Virus record (IMG/VR): IMGVR_UViG_3300042890_003727
Span: 1-53,374 of that record
Direction: 5' to 3' (one strand)
DNA: 53,374 bases
Source: a virus
Taxonomy: Duplodnaviria > Caudoviricetes
The position numbers and the translations under genes are program-made. Shown here one piece after another: positions 1 to 9,200 of this stretch. The notes beneath the pieces are model-generated. The model was not told where the DNA came from and did not search any database. It saw only the letters and a list, made by a program, of their open reading frames with translations. Position 1 is the first letter of the stretch; each line of letters opens with the position of its first letter.

Positions 1-1
1 A

Positions 2-796
2 AACGCTGCTAACTCCGCTAAGAACCTTCTAATCGCATCCGTAAGTGCTTTGGTGCTTACCGTTTCTCCTATTCAGGAATCAACTCTAGTAGCTGAAGGT
101 CCAATCGCTTCCGTTACAGCTACTGCTACAGGTAAGATTACTTTTGTACCTGCTACTGCTCATACTGATGATTCATTTACTGTAGAAGAGTTCTATGCTG
201 ACATTGCTCAGTCAGAAGTTTACACTGGTATGAAAGTAAACAGCTTAGCTGTTCAACTACCTGCTACTGGTTTGACTACTATTGACATTGGTTTTGCTGG
301 TAAGGATATGACCCAGACAGGTACTAGCCAGTACTTTACCTCACCTACTGCTCAGAATACAAATGGTATTTTTGCTGCTGTAAATGGTATCATGCTTGTT
401 GCTGGTCAACCTGTTGCTCTTATTACTTCTGCTGATTTTAGTATCGAACGCGCTACTGAAAATGCTATCTCAGTTGGTTCTAACTCAGTATCAGAAATCT
501 TTACAGGTCGTATCCGTGTTACAGGTAACATGAGTGTTTACTTCCAAGATGCTGCATTCCGTGGCTACTTCGATGATGAGACTCCAGTTTCTGTAATTCT
601 AGCAGTAAGTGCTGATGCAACTTCCGCTTCTAACTTCGTTACCTTTACTCTACCTAAAGTAAAACTAGGTAGCTTTACTAAAGATGATGGTGAACTAGGT
701 GTTGTTGCTTCTACAAGCTTCCAAGCTTTACTAAATGATGTAACTACTGCAGGTCTACCTGCTACTACAATTCAAATTCAGGACTCTGCTGCTTAA
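2..796 (+). CDS. major tail tube protein (5'-truncated by window)
   Basis: Frame is open from base 2 (NAANSAKNLLIAS...). Thr/Ser-rich beta-type protein directly upstream of chaperone and tape measure genes and followed by a terminator. Confidence 0.8.
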   Translation, partial: NAANSAKNLLIASVSALVLTVSPIQESTLVAEGPIASVTATATGKITFVPATAHTDDSFTVEEFYADIAQSEVYTGMKVNSLAVQLPATGLTTIDIGFAGKDMTQTGTSQYFTSPTAQNTNGIFAAVNGIMLVAGQPVALITSADFSIERATENAISVGSNSVSEIFTGRIRVTGNMSVYFQDAAFRGYFDDETPVSVILAVSADATSASNFVTFTLPKVKLGSFTKDDGELGVVASTSFQALLNDVTTAGLPATTIQIQDSAA

Positions 797-816
797 TAGC
801 AAAGTAACTTGAGAAT

Positions 817-847
817 AAACCCGAGGCTTTATGCTTCGGGTTTTTTT
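817..847 (+). terminator. intrinsic terminator after tail tube gene
   Basis: AAACCCGAGGC-TTTAT-GCTTCGGGTTT stem followed by a T-run. Confidence 0.85.
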
Positions 848-858
848 GTTTATGACTC

Positions 859-887
859 TTGATTTTATTTTATATTCGTGCTATAAT
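859..887 (+). promoter_or_regulatory. sigma70-type promoter (TTGATT-17-TATAAT, extended -10)
   Basis: TTGATT 859-864, TGcTATAAT 879-887, 17-bp spacer, upstream of the chaperone RBS. Confidence 0.75.
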
Positions 888-917
888 AACTACGTTATTA
901 ACAATTGAAAGGATAAT

Positions 918-1328
918 ATGTCATTAGATTTAGCAAAGACGAACTTAGCGGAAGCTGCAGATGCAGGTTATGAATTTGAACTTAAACTACCCGGAACAGG
1001 TGAAGCTACTGGAGCATTCGTTACTGTACGTGGTGAAATGTCAAAGACTGTAAAGAATTATGCTCGGCAGAAGTTTCGAGAGTATCAATTAAAAGAACAA
1101 CAAGCTAAGCGCAGGGGTAAAGAATCTGATGATTTAACCTTAGAAGAAGCTGAAGAGTTATCAATCGAAACTGCAATTGTTCGCGTTATCGGATGGAGAG
1201 GTATTACCAATGAAGGTAAAGAAGTTCCTTTCACAAAAGAAAATGCAACAAATATTTTTCGTGAACACTCTTGGATTCGTGAACAAGTAATGGAGGAATC
1301 AGCACAACTGCTGAACTTTCGATGCTGA
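918..1328 (+). CDS. tail assembly chaperone (gpG-like)
   Basis: Position between tube and tape measure genes, AAAGGA RBS, 136 aa. Confidence 0.8.
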   Translation: MSLDLAKTNLAEAADAGYEFELKLPGTGEATGAFVTVRGEMSKTVKNYARQKFREYQLKEQQAKRRGKESDDLTLEEAEELSIETAIVRVIGWRGITNEGKEVPFTKENATNIFREHSWIREQVMEESAQLLNFRC

Positions 1329-1704
1329 ATCGGTAAAGCTTGCTGTTGAGTACGCCAAGCAAGAATTTGATCTATCATCTAGTTTTAAAGATGGAAATAC
1401 TTTAAGAGATCAATTAAAAAACGCATGGCGACAAACTGGTAAGAAACCAAAGCAACTTGAAGAACTCTTGGAGTTACCTCAAAATTGTGAGCATGTTTGG
1501 AAATGGTTTATTGATTTGAACTCAACAAGATCCAGCAATGGATTTTCACCTAATGCAATTACTTATAATGAAATGCATTCTTATTTTAGTTTAATCAACA
1601 TGGTTCCTGAAGAGTGGGAACTTGACTTGATTAAACTTCTAGATAGAACTGCAATGAATCACTTTGCAAAAGAAGCTGATAAGAAAAGCAAAACCAAAAA
1701 CTAA
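1318..1704 (+). CDS. tail assembly chaperone C-terminal extension (gpGT-like), reached by predicted +1 frameshift
   Basis: The +1 frame is open 1315-1704 (FDAESVKLAVEYAKQEF...LRDQLKNAWRQTGKKPKQLEELLELP...WKWF) with no ATG/RBS at its start; it overlaps the end of the upstream ORF at TTT_CGA. Confidence 0.7.
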   Translation, partial: FDAESVKLAVEYAKQEFDLSSSFKDGNTLRDQLKNAWRQTGKKPKQLEELLELPQNCEHVWKWFIDLNSTRSSNGFSPNAITYNEMHSYFSLINMVPEEWELDLIKLLDRTAMNHFAKEADKKSKTKN

Positions 1705-1713
1705 ACAAGCAAT

Positions 1714-1733
1714 AGCCCCGTAAGGGGCTTTTA
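1714..1733 (+). terminator. intrinsic terminator-like hairpin
   Basis: AGCCCC-GTAA-GGGGCT followed by TTTAT. Confidence 0.65.
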
Positions 1734-1788
1734 TCTTTGTGAATTAATTAGTTTATAAAGATAAAATTCCATCACACAGGAGAATAAA

Positions 1789-4700
1789 ATGGATCTAGCA
1801 GAATTAAAATTCGTTGTAAATACGGAAGATTTAGATAATGCAGCAAAGAAGATTGATGCACTAGGCGTAGCCGTAAGTAAAGTTAATAAACCTATAACTC
1901 GTGCAACACTTGACACTGAAAAATTAGCAAAATCTCAAGCTGAAGTAGCAGAATCATCTGCTAAAGCTTCTTTAGCTCAACTTAAACTACAACAGGCACA
2001 AGAAAACTCAACACGAGTAACTGGTAATTCTACTACAGTACTTGAACGCCAGCAGATGATTCTGCAATTCATGACTGATGGTTTCTCAAAGGGTCAAGCT
2101 TCACAATTAGCTTACGCTAAGGCTGCTCGTGCATCTGCTGGTGATCTTGAAGCACTAGGTCAAGTTCTGCAGACACAACGTAAGCTAATGGGTACAGATC
2201 CATTTGATAAAAGCATGGGTGCATTACAAAGCTTACGTAATGAATACACAGTTATCAAAGAAGTGCAAAGGCTTTATAACGCAGAATTAGGCTTGAGTAA
2301 ATCACAGATGGAAAATCTTGCAAAAGAAAAACTTCGTCTAATAGAAAAACTTAAATTAGAAAATGCTTCACTTACCGATATTAAAAACGGTATTATGGAA
2401 TTGAATGCAGCTTATCTAAAGAATGCAAGTGCAGAAAATGCAATAACTACTAATCTTAAAACTAAGCAAAAAGCTACTCTCGATGCTGCAAGAGCTAATG
2501 AGTACATGATCAAAGAATTAGATCGTGTCAATAGATTAACTGAAGAGCAAGGTAATATTACTAGCGCAACAAATAACGCTATTATTAGATTTGATAGAGC
2601 TTTGAAAATGTCAGGTTTGTCAGCGGCTGAACAAATTCCTAGATTAGAAGCTTACAAGAAATCCTTAATGGATATTCAAAAGCAATCCGGTAATAGACAA
2701 GTTGATTATCTTTCACGCGCACTTGGTCCTCAGATTACTGACGTATTCGTTGGTCTTACAACTGGGCAATCTCCACTAATGGTTCTATTGCAACAAGGTG
2801 GTCAGTTGAGGGACCAGTTTGCTCTTGCTGGTGTAGCAGGTAAAGATATGGGTGACATGTTGACCAAAGCAACCTTGGGGATGGTCAGTAGCGTTAAAGA
2901 TGTTGGTATAGCAGTAGGTAGCGCTCTTGTAGGAGCTTTCAATGCTGCAGGTAAATCTGTTTTAAATTTCATAGGTAATATTACAGGTGTTAATTCCGCA
3001 ATTGATAATTTTAAACGCATAGTTGTTTCAAACGGTGAAGTATCTTTTGGATATATTGGAATATTGAATACTATAGGTAAAGCTTTTGTTTCATTAGCTG
3101 CTGTAGGTATTGCTTCTGGAATTGCGGCATTCATCGCATACGGTATAGCTTTAAAACAAGTAATACAAGAAGAATCTGCTCTTTCTAAATCTCTTGCATT
3201 GACAGGTGCTTCATTGGGTGTAACTCAGGATTCAGCATTGCAGTTATCAAAAGAACTTGCTGGCTCTAAAGGAAACGTGGGTTCTTATGTAACCGCTATT
3301 ACTGAACTTGCAAAAGTTGGTGGAGTTACTTCTGATAATCTTAAAACAGTAGCATCGACAATTGTTCAAGTAAGCAGAGTTACAGGAATTAGTGCTGCTG
3401 AATTAGCCAAGAATTTTAGTAAGATTTCTGAGAAACCACTAGAAGGTCTTATTCCTTTTGCCAAAGAACTTGGTACTATAAACATAGAAACTCTAAAACA
3501 GATTGATAACTTGGAAAGAGCAGGTAAGAAAACTGAAGCAGTTAAACTTGCCACTGATGCATACGCTAGTTCATTGAAAGATGCAGCAGACACTATTAGA
3601 AACGACATGGGTTACTTAGAATCCTTTTTCTTTACAATAGGAGAATCTGCAAAATCAATGTGGAATAGTATTCTTAACTTAGGAAGAAAAGAAACTATAA
3701 AGGACAGACTGTCTGAAGCTTTAGGTACTCTTTCTGATTTACAAGCTGGTAAAGGTTTTATGACCAATCAGTATCGTCAAAATTCCATACAAGTTGCTGC
3801 TGCAGCTGTAAGTGGTATATTGGATGAAATCGCGGCAGAACAAAAGCTTGGAGAAACTAAAGCTAAGAATTCAAAAGCTGCTGCTGGTTTACCCAAACAA
3901 CTAAAAGAAAGAAATGAAGCTTTAACTTATTATCAAAACATGATAAAAAGAATTGCTAATATTGAAGCAGAAGCTACGGCAGGAACAACTAGCTTAAATA
4001 CTGCACAAAAAGAAATGGTTAGTTTATTGAACGATCCTGAGTTCATGAAACAAAGTTTACAAGTTCGTCAAAAAGCAATGGCTGATTTAGTTAGTGCAAG
4101 TGCTAAGATTGAACAAAGCAAAGCACTCGAAGCTTACAATAAAATAATGAAGAGTGTTGTCGATATAGAAATCGAAGCTATTGCTGCAGGAAATGATTTA
4201 AATAAAGCTGAAAAAGAAAGATTAAAACTTGCTTCTGATCCTGCTTATTTAGCACGTAGTGATGCTGAGAAGAAGAATATACAAGCTAGTCTTGATAGAG
4301 CAAGTGCAGTAATTGATGAAGTTTCTGTAGAAAAGGATTTACTCAAAGCTATTGAAGACAGCACAAAAGCTTATAATGATAAACAAGTAGCTAGCTATGA
4401 TTTAGGTATTACTTCGCGTGAAGCATCAAATGAAGCCACCCGTGCTGCAATAATGGAAGGTCAAGCTTTAGATTATCAAAGTAGCATTCTGTCAAAAACC
4501 GAACGCGAAAGAAATAAACTTTTAAAAGTTCGTCAAGTTGAATTAGAACTTCAGAAAGAAATTCTTGATCTTGATAAAAAAGTAGGATTGAGTGCTGTTG
4601 ATAGAGAAAACTTAAAAGCTGAAGCTGCAACGAGAGCAGCTATTAAACTTGCAAACGTAAATAAAACTATAAACTACGAAGATGACTTAGCAAGAGTTCA

Positions 4701-5331
4701 AGCATACGGTTCTGCTTTTGAAAATGTCTTTACAGGTATGGCTGATGCTATTGTTGAATTTGCTAAAACTGGTAAGCTCAACTTCAAAGATCTTATTGAT
4801 AACATGATTGCTGATATTCTTAGGTTTGAACTAAGAAAACAAGCTACTTCAATGTTTGAAGGATTTGGTGGTTCTGTAGGTATTATGAAATCTATTGTTC
4901 AGGCTTTTACAGGTACTCCTATTTCACTTAACGCCGCTGGTAACGTATTTGGTACTTCAGGTATTCAAGCATTTGCCAAAGGTGGATCTTTCACCAATAG
5001 CATTGTGGATAGCCCTACCATGTTCAAGTTCGCTAAAGGAACAGGTCTAATGGGTGAAGCAGGCCCAGAAGCCATTATGCCGCTTCGTAGAGGTGCTGAT
5101 GGCTCTCTAGGGGTTGTTGCTGGTGGCGGTGGTTCTAACGTGTCTGTGCAGGTTATAAACAACAGCAATGCTCAAGCAACTACAAATGAAACTACTGATT
5201 CAAAAGGTAATCGAAAGATTGAAGTTGTAATCGGTGACATGACTGCAGGAGAAATTTCTCGCAGTGGTAGTGCTTCACAGAAATCATTGAAATCAACATT
5301 TGGCATACAGACGCAATTAATTAGGAGATAA
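1789..5331 (+). CDS. tail tape measure protein (lambda gpH-like)
   Basis: 1180 aa Ala/Leu-rich helical protein; QITDV..LTTGQSPLMVLLQQGGQLRD motif; C-terminal FAKGG...GEAGPEAIMPL motif. Confidence 0.95.
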   Translation: MDLAELKFVVNTEDLDNAAKKIDALGVAVSKVNKPITRATLDTEKLAKSQAEVAESSAKASLAQLKLQQAQENSTRVTGNSTTVLERQQMILQFMTDGFSKGQASQLAYAKAARASAGDLEALGQVLQTQRKLMGTDPFDKSMGALQSLRNEYTVIKEVQRLYNAELGLSKSQMENLAKEKLRLIEKLKLENASLTDIKNGIMELNAAYLKNASAENAITTNLKTKQKATLDAARANEYMIKELDRVNRLTEEQGNITSATNNAIIRFDRALKMSGLSAAEQIPRLEAYKKSLMDIQKQSGNRQVDYLSRALGPQITDVFVGLTTGQSPLMVLLQQGGQLRDQFALAGVAGKDMGDMLTKATLGMVSSVKDVGIAVGSALVGAFNAAGKSVLNFIGNITGVNSAIDNFKRIVVSNGEVSFGYIGILNTIGKAFVSLAAVGIASGIAAFIAYGIALKQVIQEESALSKSLALTGASLGVTQDSALQLSKELAGSKGNVGSYVTAITELAKVGGVTSDNLKTVASTIVQVSRVTGISAAELAKNFSKISEKPLEGLIPFAKELGTINIETLKQIDNLERAGKKTEAVKLATDAYASSLKDAADTIRNDMGYLESFFFTIGESAKSMWNSILNLGRKETIKDRLSEALGTLSDLQAGKGFMTNQYRQNSIQVAAAAVSGILDEIAAEQKLGETKAKNSKAAAGLPKQLKERNEALTYYQNMIKRIANIEAEATAGTTSLNTAQKEMVSLLNDPEFMKQSLQVRQKAMADLVSASAKIEQSKALEAYNKIMKSVVDIEIEAIAAGNDLNKAEKERLKLASDPAYLARSDAEKKNIQASLDRASAVIDEVSVEKDLLKAIEDSTKAYNDKQVASYDLGITSREASNEATRAAIMEGQALDYQSSILSKTERERNKLLKVRQVELELQKEILDLDKKVGLSAVDRENLKAEAATRAAIKLANVNKTINYEDDLARVQAYGSAFENVFTGMADAIVEFAKTGKLNFKDLIDNMIADILRFELRKQATSMFEGFGGSVGIMKSIVQAFTGTPISLNAAGNVFGTSGIQAFAKGGSFTNSIVDSPTMFKFAKGTGLMGEAGPEAIMPLRRGADGSLGVVAGGGGSNVSVQVINNSNAQATTNETTDSKGNRKIEVVIGDMTAGEISRSGSASQKSLKSTFGIQTQLIRR

Positions 5332-5333
5332 AA

Positions 5334-5693
5334 ATGGCTTATACTTGGCCCGGATCATTACCCCAGAAACCACTATCTAACTATTCTGAAACTACTGGTG
5401 TATTGGTTATCAGGACACAACCAGATGTAGGTCCAGCTAAAATGCGTAGGAGAGGTCAGCGCCCTGATACTCTAAGTGTTCAATACGATATGAGTACTGC
5501 TCAAGTACAAACACTTAGAGATTTTATTCAAGATGATCTGCTTGGGACAATTCGTTTTGAGTTTCCTCATCCTAGAACTGGTTCAGTTGTAGAGGTAAGA
5601 GTTATACCACAAGGCGATGGTGCCATGTTTACAACCTCTTATCTACTACCTGGATATTGGCAAGTTTCTTTGCAATTGGAGGTGCTACCTTGA
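5334..5693 (+). CDS. minor tail / distal tail protein (gpM-like)
   Basis: Follows tape measure; WP..LP and GPAKMRRR motifs typical of this position. Confidence 0.7.
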   Translation: MAYTWPGSLPQKPLSNYSETTGVLVIRTQPDVGPAKMRRRGQRPDTLSVQYDMSTAQVQTLRDFIQDDLLGTIRFEFPHPRTGSVVEVRVIPQGDGAMFTTSYLLPGYWQVSLQLEVLP

Positions 5694-6214
5694 GTCGATT
5701 AAGTTCAATGTCACCAAATGCACTGAAGGCAGTATTTTCACCTGATTCAGATGATGATATGATTATTCTGCTAACAGTGTACGATCCATTAGATGATTCG
5801 AAAGTGCTTGCTAGACTTGCAGATGGTTTTACTAAAAGGATTTCACAAACGGATGAAGAAGTTATATACGGTATAACCAGTAATTATTTTGATTACATGT
5901 TCATACCTATGGAAATATCTTTGCCTTCTGAAGATGAAGCACAAGCGCCTCGTTGCTCAATTGTAATGCATGATGTTACAGGGTACTTGACTCCAATAAT
6001 CAGAAAAGATATAACTGCTCCACCAAAGATTAAACTGGAATTGGTTCTGAGTAAATCGCCTGATGAAGTAGAAGTATCATTCAGTGACTTCTATATTAAT
6101 GCTTTTACTTATAATTCAGATTCTGTTACTGCTGAATTAGCCATGACGGATTATGAACGAGAGCCTTTCCCAAAAGATAGTTTTACTCCTAAGTATTTCC
6201 CTGGTATGTTTTAA
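5690..6214 (+). CDS. minor tail protein (DUF1833/gpL-like)
   Basis: Probable TTG start at 5690 with GGAGG at 5678-5682, overlapping the previous stop; C-terminal EPFP...FTP..FPG.F. Confidence 0.7.
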   Translation: MSRLSSMSPNALKAVFSPDSDDDMIILLTVYDPLDDSKVLARLADGFTKRISQTDEEVIYGITSNYFDYMFIPMEISLPSEDEAQAPRCSIVMHDVTGYLTPIIRKDITAPPKIKLELVLSKSPDEVEVSFSDFYINAFTYNSDSVTAELAMTDYEREPFPKDSFTPKYFPGMF

Positions 6215-6224
6215 AGGAATATAA

Positions 6225-9200
6225 ATGAATTTTGAAAAATATGTAGGTATTCCTTATCTCAAGAAGGGAAGGGATATTGAAGGTTTAGACTGCTATGGTC
6301 TTGTTAGATTAATCTACAAGAATGAACTCAATATTGATCTACCAAGTTTTACTTCTGACTACTCTGCTGGCGACAATGAAAGAATCGAGGAATTGATTGC
6401 TCAGTACAAAGAAGGTTGGGAAGAAGTACAAGAACCTGTTGTTGGTGATATTATTGTTTTCAAAGTCATGGGTCAAGAGGCGCACGTAGGATTAATAGTT
6501 AGTCCTGGGTACTTTATTCATTGTCGTGAAAATCAAGATAGTGCAATCGAATCACTGAATTCTCATAAATGGAATAGAAGAATTACAGGTTTCTTCAGAT
6601 ACTCCGAGAAAAATAACGCATTATTAAATACAGTACCTCATCCACTTAAGACAGAAAGATATACTGTTCCAGTTATACCCGGAACAACTGTTACTGAATT
6701 AGTTGAAAATATTAGTTCCAAGTACAATGTAGCTTGTGAATTAAAAAGTAGAATAAGTATCTTAATTAATACTCGTTTAATCAATCAAGAAGATTGGTCA
6801 AGTACTATTATTAATACTGGTGATGTAATTGAATACAGAGCAGTTCCAACAGGTTCTACAGGAAGATTACTTGCTGTTTTAGCAATTGCTTATTTTGCTC
6901 CTATTCTAGCAAATCAAGCAGCAGGTGCATTCTTCACTGCTGCAGGTGGCGTAGGTGGTGGTGTAACTGCTTTTAGTGTAGGCGCAGTATACACAGCAGC
7001 TTATGCTGCTACCATTTTAGTTGGTACAGCACTAGTTAATGCTATCGCTCCTATTAGACCTCCTACTGATGCATCTGCTAATCAGAAAGATCCAGGTTCT
7101 GCTGAGAGGCAATTGATGGTAAATGGTGGCTCAAATAGAGCAAACCCTTATGGTTCAATTCCTGTAGTCTTGGGTAAAGTTAGAATGACACCTTTACTCG
7201 GTGCAAATAACTATCTTACTTATGAGAATGAAAGAGACAGTTTTGTTTCAATGCTTTTGATCTGGGGATATGGTCCTTTAGATATAGATACTTCAACTTA
7301 TAGGATAGGAGAAATTCCGTTAACATCCTACACTGACTATGAAAAGGTTGATTTGCATAGAAAAACAGAACCTACATCAACTGAGTTAAATGCATTCAAT
7401 GCTATTTATGGAAATGATGTTACTCCAGTTACTGTTTCAACTGAATTAGCATGCGAAGGAAATCCTGAAACTTCAGTAACTCCTGGCCCTTTTCTACAAG
7501 CTGCAACTAGCGATGTTGTTGATAGTGCTACAGTAGCTTTGCATTTCCCTCAAGGTCTTCGTAAGATTAAAACTAAAGGTGATGGTGCAGGTGAATCATA
7601 TGCTACTGCTGTAAGTTTTAGAGTTGAATACTCAGTAGATAACGGTGCAAATTGGTTACTGCAAGAAGTCCTGTCAATTGGTGGTGATGCACCCAAGAAA
7701 GATGGATTTACTTTTACCAGAACTTATAAATTTCCTTCTAGACCATCAAGTATGATTATGAAGGTTAGGAGAGAAACTGGTGATAATGCAGAAGATAGTC
7801 CTAATTATAGATATTATTTTACTTCCGTATTACAGAGCGTTACTTTTACAAGAAATGCAAGACCTGCAGTTGATCCTTTAAATTCTAAAATAGCAAAGAC
7901 TGCTTTTAAAATTAAAGCAACAGATCAGCTAAACGGAAGAGTAGAGGGTTTGAGTGCAGTGGTTCAAACATGGTGCAAGAAGTGGAATGGTTCTGCGTGG
8001 GTGGATGGTGCTACAAGCAATCCCGCTGCTTTATTCAGATACGTTTTAGAGCATCCAGCTAATCCTAGAAAAATTACAGATGCAAGTTTGCAAATTAACC
8101 TAACTCAATTGCAGGAGTTTTATAATTACTGCGAATCAAAAGGTTTTGAATACAACTCAGTATTAGGTGAAGCAAGAAGTATATTAGAAGTTCTAAGAGA
8201 TATCTGCGCTGCTGGTAGGGCAAGTCCTGCACTTATTGATGGTAAGTGGACAGTAATTATTGATAAAGCAAGGGACAATGTTGTTCAGCATTTTAGCCCT
8301 CACAATAGCTGGGGATTTGAAGGAACAAAGAGTCTTCCTAAGAAACCAGATGGTTTAAGAATCACCTATTTTGATCAGGATAAAAACTATCAAGAAAGCG
8401 AAATAATCGTTTACGATATTGATAAGGATGAGAATAATTCTTCTTTATTTGAAAGCATAAGCCTTCCCGGTGTTACTAAAAAATCCTTAGTCATTGATCA
8501 TGCTAAATGGCATATGGCTCAGATTAAGCTAAGACCAGAAGTATATACACTGAATGTAGACATTGAATATCTAGTTTGTAATAGAGGTGATTGGGTTAAG
8601 GTTTCTCATGATGTACCAATGTGGGGAATCGGTAGTGGTAGAATTAAACAAAGAGTATCAAGTACTAAGTTAATTCTCGATGAAGAAATGCCAATGCAAG
8701 CCAATTTAGCTTATACTATTCGTTTTAGAAATAAACTAGGTGGCTCTGTTGCAGTAAATGCAGTTCCCAAAGTATCCGATGGTTATTATTCGGAAATTGA
8801 TTTATTAACTAGCGTAACTACAGATGATGCTGACGTAGGAGATTTATTCTTATTTGGTGAATTAAATAATGAATCCCAGGATCTTGTAGTATTAAGTGTA
8901 GAACCATCAACTAATAAATCCGCAAGATTAGTTCTTGTTGATTATGCTATAACAGATGAATATAATATATTTACTGACTATATATCACTGAGTTCTTCTA
9001 CTGTATTTGAATCACAAATTACTCTACCTGCTGTATTGCAGGTGGAAAACTTCAAAACTAATACTCCGAATATTACTGGATTTGTTAGCGATGAATCCGT
9101 AATGGAAAGAGTATCCAAAGGTGTTTACAGATATAATATTAATATGTCTTATGTGAATGCTCAGAGTTTACCATTAATTACGGAAAGTGTAGAAGTTCAA

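Noticed and set aside
1261-1328. Canonical -1 slippery site in the tail chaperone
   Set aside because: No XXXYYYZ heptamer near the stop, and the downstream ORF is in the +1 frame.
1085-5168. Antisense ORFs within chaperone and tape measure genes (1085, 1731, 2802, 3366, 4409, 4965)
   Set aside because: Shadow ORFs on the opposite strand of well-supported genes; the same applies to most nested ORFs elsewhere in the track, except Rz1.
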